Source of the DNA: Candidatus Latescibacterota bacterium
Lineage (GTDB): Bacteria; Latescibacterota; UBA2968; UBA8231
Length of the DNA: 64,000 bases
Assembly: GCA_965203175.1 (NCBI GenBank)
Contig: OZ241867.1
Location: 1,472,001 to 1,536,000, forward strand
Reading direction: 5' to 3'
The translations under genes were made by a program, and so were the position numbers. Under the pieces are notes generated by a model that did no database searches, was not told where the DNA came from, and saw only the letters and a list, made by a program, of their open reading frames with translations. Below, one piece after another: positions 36,755 through 46,102 of this stretch; the first letter of the stretch is position 1; each line of letters starts with the position of its first letter.

Positions 36755-38479
36755 ATGACGGGCGACAACAAGAAGCTCCGCAGTGCGGGGTGGTTTGGCG
36801 ACGAGTGGCACCAGGGGTTTGTATCCCGAGGCTGGACCAAAAACCAAGGCCATCCCGAGCAGATGTTCGATGGCCGACCCGTGATCGGGATCTGCAACAC
36901 GTGGTCGGACTTGAATCCTTGCAACGCCCATCTGCGGATCTTGGCCGAGCAGGTCAAGCGCGGGGTGTACGAGGCCGGGGGCTTTCCGCTCGAATTTCCG
37001 GTTACCTCGCTCGGCGAGACGCTGATGAAGCCGACGACCATGCTCTACCGCAACTTGGCGAGTATGGACGTGGAGGAAAGCATCCGCGCCAATCCGCTCG
37101 ACGGAGTGGTGCTGCTAACTAGCTGCGACAAAACGACGCCAGCCTGTCTGATGGGAGCGGCGAGCGTAGATTTGCCAACCATTGCGGTGACGGGCGGGCC
37201 GATGCTCAACGGCAAGTTCCGCAATGAGAATATCGGCTCTGGCACAGATGTCTATCGCTTTACCACCGAGCTGCGGGCCGGGAGCATCTCGCGCTTGGAT
37301 TACCTAGAGGCCGAGGCCGGGATTTCGCGCTCGGACGGCCACTGCATGACCATGGGCACGGCCTCGACAATGGCCTGCATGGTCGAGACTGTCGGTCTGA
37401 CGCTGCCGAGCGGCGCGGCGATCCCAGGGCCGGATGCGCGGCGCAAGCGCTTGGGGCATCTGGCGGGCAATCGCATCGTCGAGATGGTGAGAGAAGACTT
37501 GCGCATGTCGCGCATTTTGACGCGACCAGCCATAGAAAACGCCATCAAAGTCAACGCCGCGCTGGGCGGTTCGACCAACTTCGTGGTGCATCTGTTGGCC
37601 ATCGCCGGGCGGCTCGGCGTCGAGTTGGAACTGGACGACTTCGACCGCTTGGGCAGCCGCATGCCGCACTTGGTCAACCTAATGCCCTCGGGCGAATATC
37701 TGATGGAGGACTTCTTCTACGCCGGGGGTTTGCCCGCCGTGATCCAAGAGCTGAAAGAACATCTGCACATGGATACCTTGACGGTGACGGGCAAGACGCT
37801 CGGCGAAAATACCTCGGGTGCCCAATGCTACAACAGAGCGGTCATCGCCGCGATTGACAAGCCGCTCAAGGAGGCGGCTGGGATCGCCGTACTCCGGGGC
37901 AATCTCTGCCCGGATGGGGCGATTATCAAGCCGTCGGCCGCCTCGCCCGAGCTGATGCAGCATTGCGGACGAGCCGTGGTGTTCGAAAGTATAGAAGACT
38001 ATCGGGAGCGGATTGACGATCCCAATCTCGACGTGGACAGAGACAGCGTACTGGTCTTGAAGGGCATCGGCCCCAAAGGTTTTCCCGGTATGCCCGAAGC
38101 CGGGAAGTTCGGATTGCCCAAGAAGCTGTTGCAGCAGGGCGTGCGCGACATGGTTTGCATCTCGGACGGACGGATGAGCGGCACGGCCTACGGCACAGTG
38201 ATTCTGCACGTCGCGCCCGAAGCCGCCGTGGGCGGCCCGCTGGCCTTGGTGCAGGACGGCGACCTGATCGAGTTGGACGTGGAAAAGCGGTCGTTGAACA
38301 TGGCCTTGCCCGACGAGGAGCTACAAAAAAGGCGGCAAGCGTGGACGCCGCCCGCGCCGGTCGTCACACGGGGATATGCCGGCCTGTATGTCAAGCACGT
38401 GCTCCAAGCCGACAAGGGCGCTGACTTGGACATCTTGGTCGGCGGTTCCGGGCCGGATGTCTATCGGGAGCCGAGGTAG
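36755..38479 (+). CDS. IlvD/Edd-family dehydratase (sugar-acid subgroup)
   Basis: [41 protein letters not shown]. Confidence 0.93.
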   Translation: MTGDNKKLRSAGWFGDEWHQGFVSRGWTKNQGHPEQMFDGRPVIGICNTWSDLNPCNAHLRILAEQVKRGVYEAGGFPLEFPVTSLGETLMKPTTMLYRNLASMDVEESIRANPLDGVVLLTSCDKTTPACLMGAASVDLPTIAVTGGPMLNGKFRNENIGSGTDVYRFTTELRAGSISRLDYLEAEAGISRSDGHCMTMGTASTMACMVETVGLTLPSGAAIPGPDARRKRLGHLAGNRIVEMVREDLRMSRILTRPAIENAIKVNAALGGSTNFVVHLLAIAGRLGVELELDDFDRLGSRMPHLVNLMPSGEYLMEDFFYAGGLPAVIQELKEHLHMDTLTVTGKTLGENTSGAQCYNRAVIAAIDKPLKEAAGIAVLRGNLCPDGAIIKPSAASPELMQHCGRAVVFESIEDYRERIDDPNLDVDRDSVLVLKGIGPKGFPGMPEAGKFGLPKKLLQQGVRDMVCISDGRMSGTAYGTVILHVAPEAAVGGPLALVQDGDLIELDVEKRSLNMALPDEELQKRRQAWTPPAPVVTRGYAGLYVKHVLQADKGADLDILVGGSGPDVYREPR

Positions 38480-38559
38480 TTAGCTACCGCTGCTGAGTAC
38501 GGCTATAGCCTCGACTTCGACGAGTAGATCCGTCTCAGAACTTTATTCTTGCACTGGTA

Positions 38560-39678
38560 TTACTGCCAGAGCGGCTCCCCGTCCTCCATCATACTCTGCA
38601 AAAACACCTCGTTCAGATCCACTCCCAGCCCCGGCTTTTCGTTCAGCACTACGTGCCCTTCCTGAATCACCGGCTCGTCGGCGAGAACCACGTCATTCCA
38701 AGTCGGGTCGTCGTAGCGATGGAATTCCAAGGCGAGAAAATTGGGCACACTGGCGCAGACGTGGGCGTCGGCCACGGTGCTCAAGGCGCTGGAATTGTTG
38801 TGCGGGGCAAAGGGGATGTAGTAGGTCTCGGCCATGTTGGCGATCTTGCGACACTCCGATAGGCCACCGCACTTGGAAATGTCGGGCATGATGATATCGA
38901 CCGCCTGCTGTTCGAGCATGTCGCGGAAACCGTAGCGCAAATAAGCGTTCTCTCCGGCGCAGATCGGGGTGCGGGTCGAGTCGGTGATGCGCTTGAGGGC
39001 GTCGATATTCTCGGGCGGCACCGGCTCTTCGAGCCACATCAGATTCAGGCCCTCGAGCGCGTGGGCGAACTTCATCCCAGCGGTGGCGTCGTAGCGCCCG
39101 TGCAGGTCAATGGCCAAGTCCATGTGGGGGCCGACGGCCTCGCGGATCTGGTGCGCTTGGTCGACTAGATCCTCCAGCTCGGCAGGGGCCACAGACCAGT
39201 TCCAAGGATCGAGCTTTTCCGGGTGGCTCGCGTCGTCGAGATCAAACTTAATCGCGGTAAAGCCTTTTGCACGCGCGTCCTCGGCGCGCTCTTTGTAGTC
39301 CGAATGGGCGCTATCGACGTACAGGCGCACCCGGTCGCGGAACTTGCCGCCCAAGAGCCGGTAAACGGGTATGCCTTGGGCCTTGCCAGCCAAGTCCCAA
39401 AGCGCGACTTCAAGGCCGGTCAGCGCCGAAATCGCCAAGCCGGACATGCCGCCGCGGAAGATGTAACTGCGGCGGATGCCTTCAAAGAGCGCATCGACAT
39501 CGCGCGGGTCTTGGCCGATGAGCTGAGCGGCCATGGTCTGGGTGGAGCCGCGCCAGCCGCCATCGACGTGGCTGGCCTCGCCGGTGCCGTACATGCCCTC
39601 GTCGGTGTGGATGCGGACGTAACGGTAGAGATAGTGGTTTACGCGCACTTGAGCGGTTTTGACATCCGTGATCTTCAA
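38560..39678 (-). CDS. MR/MLE family dehydratase (galactonate/gluconate dehydratase-like)
   Basis: KFD, IDLHG, WLEEP, AGEN, MPD, APHN, LEFH. Confidence 0.92.
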   Translation of the reverse strand: MKITDVKTAQVRVNHYLYRYVRIHTDEGMYGTGEASHVDGGWRGSTQTMAAQLIGQDPRDVDALFEGIRRSYIFRGGMSGLAISALTGLEVALWDLAGKAQGIPVYRLLGGKFRDRVRLYVDSAHSDYKERAEDARAKGFTAIKFDLDDASHPEKLDPWNWSVAPAELEDLVDQAHQIREAVGPHMDLAIDLHGRYDATAGMKFAHALEGLNLMWLEEPVPPENIDALKRITDSTRTPICAGENAYLRYGFRDMLEQQAVDIIMPDISKCGGLSECRKIANMAETYYIPFAPHNNSSALSTVADAHVCASVPNFLALEFHRYDDPTWNDVVLADEPVIQEGHVVLNEKPGLGVDLNEVFLQSMMEDGEPLWQ

Positions 39679-39693
39679 TGGAGACCCTTTCTT

Positions 39694-40371
39694 CTATATG
39701 TACAGTTGGCCGATGGCGCGCGTGGCCGCGTCGCAGTACCAGAGCACGCCCTCGTGGATGGTCAGCCCGTGAACTTCGGTGGGGACCTCGACGCGGACCA
39801 CCTCCCAGATGCGCCCGTCTTCGGGATCGAGGCGGTTGATGGTGCCGGCCGAGGTGTCGGCGACCCAGAGGGTGCCGTCGTCAGCCCAAGCTAAGCCGTG
39901 AACCCGAAGACCGGGGACGCGAAAGGAATGAACTTCCTCCCAAGTGTCAGCATCTATCACGTGAACGAATTGCGAAGGCGGCGAAGCCACGTACACCTTG
40001 CCGTCCTTCCACTCGAGGCCGTGAGCCCCCGTGACGCGGCCATTCTCCTGGTCGGCGACCCAAGCGACGACGCCATTGCCGGGCGAATCTAGCTTGGCAA
40101 TGGTCTGGCCCGTAGCCGGATCGAGGCGGGCGATCTTGAGTTCAAAGGTCGAAGCGATCCACAGCGATCCGTCGCCGAGCGTAATGCCGCTGGAGTGTGC
40201 GGTATCGGTCTGGGCTTCAAAGAGGACTTCGCCGCTGTCGTAGTCGAATTTGTAGATCTTGAGGTCCACTTGGTCGATGCACCAGAGGCCGTCGGGCGCG
40301 GCTTGCAGTCCGTTGGGCTGGGGTCCGGGGCATTTGAAACGCTCTTCAACGCGGGCGATTTGGACGGTCAT
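39694..40371 (-). CDS. Beta-propeller protein (Vgb/SMP-30-like)
   Basis: Repeated [PH]xG[LI]x[AW]..g.LW blades. Confidence 0.75.
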   Translation of the reverse strand: MTVQIARVEERFKCPGPQPNGLQAAPDGLWCIDQVDLKIYKFDYDSGEVLFEAQTDTAHSSGITLGDGSLWIASTFELKIARLDPATGQTIAKLDSPGNGVVAWVADQENGRVTGAHGLEWKDGKVYVASPPSQFVHVIDADTWEEVHSFRVPGLRVHGLAWADDGTLWVADTSAGTINRLDPEDGRIWEVVRVEVPTEVHGLTIHEGVLWYCDAATRAIGQLYI

Positions 40372-40400
40372 AGAATTGCTTTCTTTGCTAGGGGTTGGGA

Positions 40401-41180
40401 TTAGGCCGGCAGGCCCATGAGGTAGTTCCAGTTCTGACGGCGAATGGCGCGCTCCTTGTAGTGGTCACTCTGGGATACGCCTAGCGGATTGGTGAAGTTG
40501 AGGATGTTGGTCACGTCCTCGGCCCGGTCGCGCTCGTTCCAGTCGGCGGGCTTGTTGGCCGCCTCGGGGTCGTGATTCCAAGTGGGTGCTGTGTTGTCCT
40601 GAGTGCGGCGAAAGAGGAACTTGATCATGTGGCGCTTGTGCGGCGAGCGGTTGGCCGCGGTGCCGTGCCAGAGGTCGTAGTGCGTAAAAGCCACGGTACC
40701 GGCCTTGACCACGAGCGGCACTTGGCCGCGGATGTTGGTGTACGTGGCCATGCGGTCCGTCGGCGCGTTGCGGAACTGGGTGCCGGGGACGATGATCGTC
40801 GGCCCCATGTCGGGCGTGACATCGGTCGGGTAGTACAGCCCAAGAAAGCGGTTGAGCAGCACGTCGCGGTTGTTGAGGCCGTCTTGGTGCCAGTTCATGT
40901 GCGGAGAGTTCGGCTGCTTGCAGTGCCAGTGGCGATGCGACTGCACCTCGTAGTCCGGGCCGAGCAGGCTGACGAGCGCGCCTGTGACGGCCGGATGGTC
41001 GAGCACTTGCCAGAGCTCGGGCACGGCTTCGGTGATGGCGTCGCCGGGATTGTAGTCCAAAGCGTCGAGTTGGGCAGCGATGGACTCGTTGAGCCCGGCG
41101 GGCAATTCCGGCTCGACGAGGTGGTAGCCGGTGACGAGGAAACGGGCTACTTCGGCGTCGCTGAGCAGATGCTCATTCAT
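40401..41180 (-). CDS. PhyH-family dioxygenase
   Basis: WHQD, GPTIIVPGT, KAGTVAFTHYDLWHG, RHMIKF; similar to the N-domain of 49824-51155. Confidence 0.9.
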   Translation of the reverse strand: MNEHLLSDAEVARFLVTGYHLVEPELPAGLNESIAAQLDALDYNPGDAITEAVPELWQVLDHPAVTGALVSLLGPDYEVQSHRHWHCKQPNSPHMNWHQDGLNNRDVLLNRFLGLYYPTDVTPDMGPTIIVPGTQFRNAPTDRMATYTNIRGQVPLVVKAGTVAFTHYDLWHGTAANRSPHKRHMIKFLFRRTQDNTAPTWNHDPEAANKPADWNERDRAEDVTNILNFTNPLGVSQSDHYKERAIRRQNWNYLMGLPA

Positions 41181-41457
41181 CGGCGATAACCTCCATTTTC
41201 TGCAGGATGAATTCATAGCCAATCACGTCCAACTCCCTGTCGTCGAACGGAGCTTGTAGGTGGGGGAATTGGACGATTTGCCAGCCGTCCACTACGGCGT
41301 CGTGTACGGTTGCGTAGGGCCAATCGGGTGCTGATTCAGCGTGGATTTCGGGCGCAAAGCCCGCGACCGGCTCAATGAGCGTTAGGCCGATGATGTTGGA
41401 CATGACGCTAGGAGTGCGCGCCTGCAGGTAGAGCAGGCGTTGGCGGGGTGCGTCCAT
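41173..41457 (-). CDS. Small hypothetical protein (94 aa) coupled to PhyH
   Basis: AGGAG SD; PYATVHDAVVDGWQIVQFP motif; overlaps the PhyH start by 8 nt. Confidence 0.75.
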   Translation of the reverse strand: MDAPRQRLLYLQARTPSVMSNIIGLTLIEPVAGFAPEIHAESAPDWPYATVHDAVVDGWQIVQFPHLQAPFDDRELDVIGYEFILQKMEVIADE

Positions 41458-41540
41458 CGGGGTTGAATTACTCCTGTCGTGCGGGGTGTACAACGCGGCG
41501 TTAATATAGAACGACCGTGCTTTGTAGCCAATGACGCCTC

Positions 41541-41569
41541 TTGATAGTAACTCCTCTCTTCCTTAGCTT
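41541..41569 (+). promoter_or_regulatory. Putative sigma70 promoter TTGATA-N17-TAGCTT
   Basis: Upstream of the aldo/keto reductase. Confidence 0.45.
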
Positions 41570-41609
41570 GCCCTGCCGCATGGAATTCTACTAGAGGAGA
41601 AAATATAAG

Positions 41610-42581
41610 GTGCAGTACAAGATCCTAGGCCGTACAGGCGTCAAAGTGTCTTCCCTGTGCTACGGTACCATGGCCTTTGGCGGCGATGCGGACGAGGCGA
41701 CCTCCGGGCAGATGTATCGCTACTGCCGCGAGTTGGGGATCAATTTCTTCGACACGGCCAATGTCTATTCCAACGGGCTTTCCGAGAAGATATTGGGCCG
41801 ATTGATCCAAGGCGAGCGCGACGAGTTGGTAATCAATTCGAAAGTCTGCGGCGCGATGGGCGACGGCCCCAATGACCGAGGCCTGTCGCGACGGCATATT
41901 GTGCAGGCCGTAGAAGCCAGTCTCAGACGGCTGCAGACGGACCGCCTCGATCTGTACTTCGTCCACAATTTCGACGAAGATACGCCGGTGGAAGAGACCC
42001 TCGCCGCGCTCGACGACTTGGTGCGCGGCGGCAAAATCCTCTATCCGGCCGTGAGCAACTGGGCCGCTTGGCAAATTGCCAAATCCCTCGGCCACTGCGC
42101 CCGCGAGGGACTGGCACCCTTTGCGTGCATTCAGCCCATGTACAGCTTGGCCAAGCGGCAAGTGGAAGTAGAAATCCTGCCACTGGCCCGCTCAGAGGGC
42201 TTGGGCGTGATTGCCTACAGCCCTTTAGGAGGCGGCTTGCTGACCGGCAAGTACGGGATCGACAAGCGGCCCGAGCGGGGTCGTCTCTTGCAGCAGGACA
42301 ACTACATCAAACGCTACGCCAATCCCGTGTTCTACGAAGTCGCCGAGCGCTTCGTGCGCTATGCCGGCGACCAAGACGTACATCCGGTGACCTTAGCCGT
42401 CGCGTGGGTCATGGGACATCGAGACGTGACCGCGCCGATCATCGGCGGGCGCGACCTAGACCAGTTAAAGCCATCGCTCGCCGCGCTCGACTTTGCCATG
42501 TCGGCCGAGATGCGCGCCGAGGTATCGGCGCTTTCGATCGCACCGCCGCCAGCTACCGACCGCGACGAGGAACTGTTTTAA
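41610..42581 (+). CDS. Aldo/keto reductase
   Basis: FFDTANVY, NSK, SLRRLQTDRLDLYFVH, YSPLGGGLLTGKY. Confidence 0.95.
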   Translation: MQYKILGRTGVKVSSLCYGTMAFGGDADEATSGQMYRYCRELGINFFDTANVYSNGLSEKILGRLIQGERDELVINSKVCGAMGDGPNDRGLSRRHIVQAVEASLRRLQTDRLDLYFVHNFDEDTPVEETLAALDDLVRGGKILYPAVSNWAAWQIAKSLGHCAREGLAPFACIQPMYSLAKRQVEVEILPLARSEGLGVIAYSPLGGGLLTGKYGIDKRPERGRLLQQDNYIKRYANPVFYEVAERFVRYAGDQDVHPVTLAVAWVMGHRDVTAPIIGGRDLDQLKPSLAALDFAMSAEMRAEVSALSIAPPPATDRDEELF

Positions 42582-42592
42582 AGGAGAAAAAC

Positions 42593-43381
42593 ATGAGACC
42601 CAACAAGCTGCGCGAAAAACTCAACGCCGGAGAGCCCACGCTAGGCACCCACATCCACACCACTTGGCCTTCGATCGTCGAAGCCCTAGGGCATACGGGC
42701 GAGTACGACTACGTGGAATTTGTCGCCGAGTATGGCCCCTTTGACCTGCACGACTTGGACAACCTCGCCCGAGCCGCCGAGCTATGGGACTTGGGAACGA
42801 TGATCAAGGTTGATGCCGAAAACCGCGCTTATGTGTCCCAACGGGCCATAGGGTCGGGTTTCGGCAGCGTGCTCTTTGCCGATGTGCGCGACCCAGACGA
42901 CGCGCGGGCTTGTGTGCGCTGCGTGCGCGCCGACGCGCCCGGGGACGAAGGCACCTATGGAGTAGCTATGCGGCGCATCGCCTATATGAGCTATGGCGGC
43001 ACCCCGGAATACGTCCAAGCGCTACGCGACGTAGTCGTGGTGTTGATGATCGAAAAGGAAAGTGCCGTCGCCGACCTAGCGGCCATGCTCTCAGTAGAAG
43101 GAGTCGAGATGGTCCAGTGGGGAGGGGCCGATTACTCCATGAGCGTCGGCAAGGCCGGCCAGCGCGGCGTGCCGGAAATTGCCGCCGCCGAAGAAAAGGT
43201 CTTTAAGACGGCCTTGGAAATGGGCGTCCATCCGCGCGCCGAAATCAACACAGCCGACGATGCCAAGCGCTTTCTCGACATGGGGGTGCGGCACTTCTGC
43301 GTGGGCACGGATATAGCGGTGCTGTACGGGTATTGGCGCGATCAAGGTGAGGCGATGAGGCGGGCGCTGGAAGGCGAGTAG
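42593..43381 (+). CDS. HpcH/HpaI aldolase family protein, divergent
   Basis: AGGAG SD; NKLREKL..GEPTLG, YDYVEFVAEY, MIEK, WGGADYSMSVG. Confidence 0.87.
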   Translation: MRPNKLREKLNAGEPTLGTHIHTTWPSIVEALGHTGEYDYVEFVAEYGPFDLHDLDNLARAAELWDLGTMIKVDAENRAYVSQRAIGSGFGSVLFADVRDPDDARACVRCVRADAPGDEGTYGVAMRRIAYMSYGGTPEYVQALRDVVVVLMIEKESAVADLAAMLSVEGVEMVQWGGADYSMSVGKAGQRGVPEIAAAEEKVFKTALEMGVHPRAEINTADDAKRFLDMGVRHFCVGTDIAVLYGYWRDQGEAMRRALEGE

Positions 43382-43412
43382 GCCAGCAACGCTGCTAGTG
43401 GACTAACGATGG

Positions 43413-43441
43413 GGCCCGCCCTTGCCCGGCGGGCCTTTTTA
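43413..43441 (+). terminator. Rho-independent terminator
   Basis: GGCCCGCC-CTTGCCC-GGCGGGCC-TTTTT between convergent genes. Confidence 0.8.
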
Positions 43442-43443
43442 TG

Positions 43444-44226
43444 TCACCGCCGCCATACGCTCGTCCGCAGCCCTTCGATACCTTCGGACAAGGCGCGGCG
43501 ATAGAGCCACAAGTCGCCGCCATACGCTATGCAGCGGAAGCCTCGGCGCAGCATCTCTGTTCCTTCTTCAATGGTATTGACCAAGTAGCCAGCGGCTTTG
43601 CCTTGGCGCTCGCAGGCATCGACGACGCGGTCGAGGGCGGCGGTGAATTCGGGGTGGTCAAACTGCCCGGGAATCCCTAAGAAGTTGCTCAAGTCGAAAC
43701 CTCCAATCCACAGTATATCAATCCCATCTACCGCGGCGATGCGATCGACGTTTTCGAGCCCGGGGCGGTTTTCGATCTGAGCGATCAGCAAGCCTTCGGT
43801 GTTGGCGTGGTCGATCTTGCCGACGATGGAGCCTTCGGCGAAGTGGTCGTGGGCGATTTGAAAGGCTGCGCCGCGCTGGCCAATGGGCGGGTACTTGCCC
43901 GATTGCACGATGACCTCGGTCTGCTGCGCGTCGCTAATCATCGGCACCATGACGCCTCGGGCCCCCACGTCGAGGACGCGGGCGATGAAGTGATATTGAG
44001 TCGCCGGCACCCGCACAAACGGCTCGATGTGGTCGGCGTTGGTGGTGGCGATCAGGTCGCGTACCGTCTCGACGCTCCAGCCGGTGTGCTCCATGTCGTA
44101 CATAATGAATTCAGCGCCAGCCTCGGCAGAGAGACGGGCAATGCCCGGGGTGCAAAACTCGAAGGTCATAGTGCCGATGACCGTGCCACCCTCTTTGAGG
44201 GTGCGTTTGACTTTGTTGGGTTTCAT
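43444..44226 (-). CDS. HpcH/HpaI aldolase (GarL/RhmA-like)
   Basis: DMEH, VRVP, LDVGARGVMVP, KYPPIGQRG, QIE, DLS. Confidence 0.93.
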   Translation of the reverse strand: MKPNKVKRTLKEGGTVIGTMTFEFCTPGIARLSAEAGAEFIMYDMEHTGWSVETVRDLIATTNADHIEPFVRVPATQYHFIARVLDVGARGVMVPMISDAQQTEVIVQSGKYPPIGQRGAAFQIAHDHFAEGSIVGKIDHANTEGLLIAQIENRPGLENVDRIAAVDGIDILWIGGFDLSNFLGIPGQFDHPEFTAALDRVVDACERQGKAAGYLVNTIEEGTEMLRRGFRCIAYGGDLWLYRRALSEGIEGLRTSVWRR

Positions 44227-45293
44227 CCGAGTTGTCCGGCCTCCGTACGGGGGTCGCTAGCTCGATAGCGGTTCAGTTTTTCTTTGAGAAGGGGGTGTTC
44301 GGCAGCTTGATGATTGACGAGGTGTTGAGGCAAGCAGCCGGAGGCTACTTCGACAAGGCTAGTGCAGGCGCTGCGGCCGATGAGGCGGAAGCACTCGTCG
44401 GTCCAGCAAAGCCCGTGCGGGGCGACGATGGTCTGATCGGTGAGTGCCAACACCGGCTCGTCTTGGGAGACAGGTTCTGTTTCAAAGACGTCGAGGCCGG
44501 CACCGGCGATCTGACCCTGTTGCAGGGCGCGGGTGAGGGCCTGCTGATCGACGATGGGGCCGCGGGCCGTGTTGATGAGGTAGGCGCTTTCTTTCATCAG
44601 CGAGAACTCGCGCTCGCCGATGAGGTGATGGGTCTCCTCAGTGAGCGCGCAACAGATACAGACGTAATCGGCGCTTTGCAGCAACTGATCGAGCTCGACC
44701 AGTTCGGCACCAGCGGCGCGGGCCTGTGCAGCATCGACAAAAGGGTCGGCGGCAATGCAGCGAATGCCAAAGGGCTTGGCCAAGGTGCAGATCTCGCGGC
44801 CGATATTGCCCAAGCCGACCAGCCCCAGCGTGCGACCCGTGACGCCCATGCCTATGTAGTCGAGGCGCTCGTGCCAGCGCCCCTCGCGCACCAAGCGATC
44901 CTTGGCCAGCATCTTGTGGCTGAGGGCCAAGAGATACGTCAGGGCCATGACCGCCACTGGCCGGCGCACGCCGTCGGGGGTAATCGTCAAGAGCACGCCC
45001 TGCTCATTGCACGCTGCCACGTCAACGCTGTCGTAGCCAACGCCGAAGCGGGCGACGATCGCCAGCTTGTCCACTCCCTGCAAGGTCTCGGCGCTGACTA
45101 TCGAGGCGAGAACTAGCAGGCCGTCGTAGCCGCGGATCTGATCGGGGCGCAGTTTGGTGGTGTTTTCAGCTAGAAACTCCCACTCGACCTTTGGGGCTTC
45201 GTCGAGCAGGTCGAGACCAATATCGCCGAAGCCGAGAGTACCGTCGGCCTTGAGAAAGTCGCGGGTGACGCCGATGCGAAAAGTTGTAGTCAT
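44223..45293 (-). CDS. D-isomer-specific 2-hydroxyacid dehydrogenase
   Basis: RFGVGYD, GLGNIG, NTARG, LDVFETEP, APH. Confidence 0.93.
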   Translation of the reverse strand: MTTTFRIGVTRDFLKADGTLGFGDIGLDLLDEAPKVEWEFLAENTTKLRPDQIRGYDGLLVLASIVSAETLQGVDKLAIVARFGVGYDSVDVAACNEQGVLLTITPDGVRRPVAVMALTYLLALSHKMLAKDRLVREGRWHERLDYIGMGVTGRTLGLVGLGNIGREICTLAKPFGIRCIAADPFVDAAQARAAGAELVELDQLLQSADYVCICCALTEETHHLIGEREFSLMKESAYLINTARGPIVDQQALTRALQQGQIAGAGLDVFETEPVSQDEPVLALTDQTIVAPHGLCWTDECFRLIGRSACTSLVEVASGCLPQHLVNHQAAEHPLLKEKLNRYRASDPRTEAGQLG

Positions 45294-45365
45294 GGCGACA
45301 AACAAGATAGGGCCTGACGGGCAGCTATCAAGGGGAGAGGCGGCTGTATGGGGTAGGGGTCACGT

Positions 45366-45449
45366 TGTCTGCGATTAGATACAGAAAAGCGGCTGCACAA
45401 CGGAGACCTCGCCAGATAAAAAAGGTGGTTCGCATTTTGCTTATCTGTT
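45366..45449. repeat. Direct repeat B copy 1 (intergenic)
   Basis: Matches 47742-47824; shared core CGCCAGATAAAAAAGGTGGTT. Confidence 0.85.
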
Positions 45450-45490
45450 CCTGGTGACTACCTTAACTCTAACTGAGGAGCAATACTGGG

Positions 45491-46054
45491 ATGGCCCCTG
45501 AAACATCTGAGATAACCACTCGCGACGTGTTGCAGCAGATCAACCGCCGCTTGGAACTGATTGAAAGCGACGTGCGAGCGGTCAGCGAGAAGTTGGATGT
45601 GTCAGTTCAGACACTGAATGATAAGATCGACACGTCGGCTCAGGATATGGATGGGAAGCGGGAGGTGTCGTTTCAGACGCTGAACGAGAAGATTGATGCG
45701 TCGGATAGGAAGCGGGAGGTGTCATTTCAGACGCTGAATGATAAGATTGATGCGTCGGATAGGAAGCGGGAGGTGTCATTTCAGACGCTGAATGATAAGA
45801 TTGATGCGTCGGTTCAGGGTCTGGATGAGAAGCGAGAGGCATCGGCTCAGACGCTAAATGATAAGATCGACACGTCGGCTCAGACGCTAAATGATAAGAT
45901 CGACACGTCGGCTCAGACGCTAAATGATAAGATCGACACGTCGGCTCAAAAGCTCCACGAGAAGATCGACACTTATTTTCGCTGGACCATCGGCATCGTA
46001 CTAGCTAGCTGGCTGTCCACCATGAGCGCGATCCTGTTCAAAGGCTCCTTGTAG
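45491..46054 (+). CDS. Coiled-coil repeat protein with C-terminal TM anchor (DUF1640/CCDC90-like)
   Basis: GAGGAG SD; QTLNDKIDxS repeats; C-terminal FRWTIGIVLASWLSTMSAILFK. Confidence 0.85.
   Translation: MAPETSEITTRDVLQQINRRLELIESDVRAVSEKLDVSVQTLNDKIDTSAQDMDGKREVSFQTLNEKIDASDRKREVSFQTLNDKIDASDRKREVSFQTLNDKIDASVQGLDEKREASAQTLNDKIDTSAQTLNDKIDTSAQTLNDKIDTSAQKLHEKIDTYFRWTIGIVLASWLSTMSAILFKGSL
45654..45949 (+). repeat. Coding tandem repeats: ~3 x 54 bp, then 3 identical x 33 bp
   Basis: TCGGCTCAGACGCTAAATGATAAGATCGACACG at 45842, 45875 and 45908; the 54-bp unit encodes DRKREVSFQTLNDKIDAS. Confidence 0.9.
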
Positions 46055-46102
46055 CCTACCCTTCCTCCCAGTTCCTGCGATCACCTGCGCTATGTCGCCT
46101 CG

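Noticed and set aside
45842-45949. 33-bp repeats as a CRISPR array
   Set aside because: Units are contiguous with no spacers, in frame within a CDS, and there are no cas genes.
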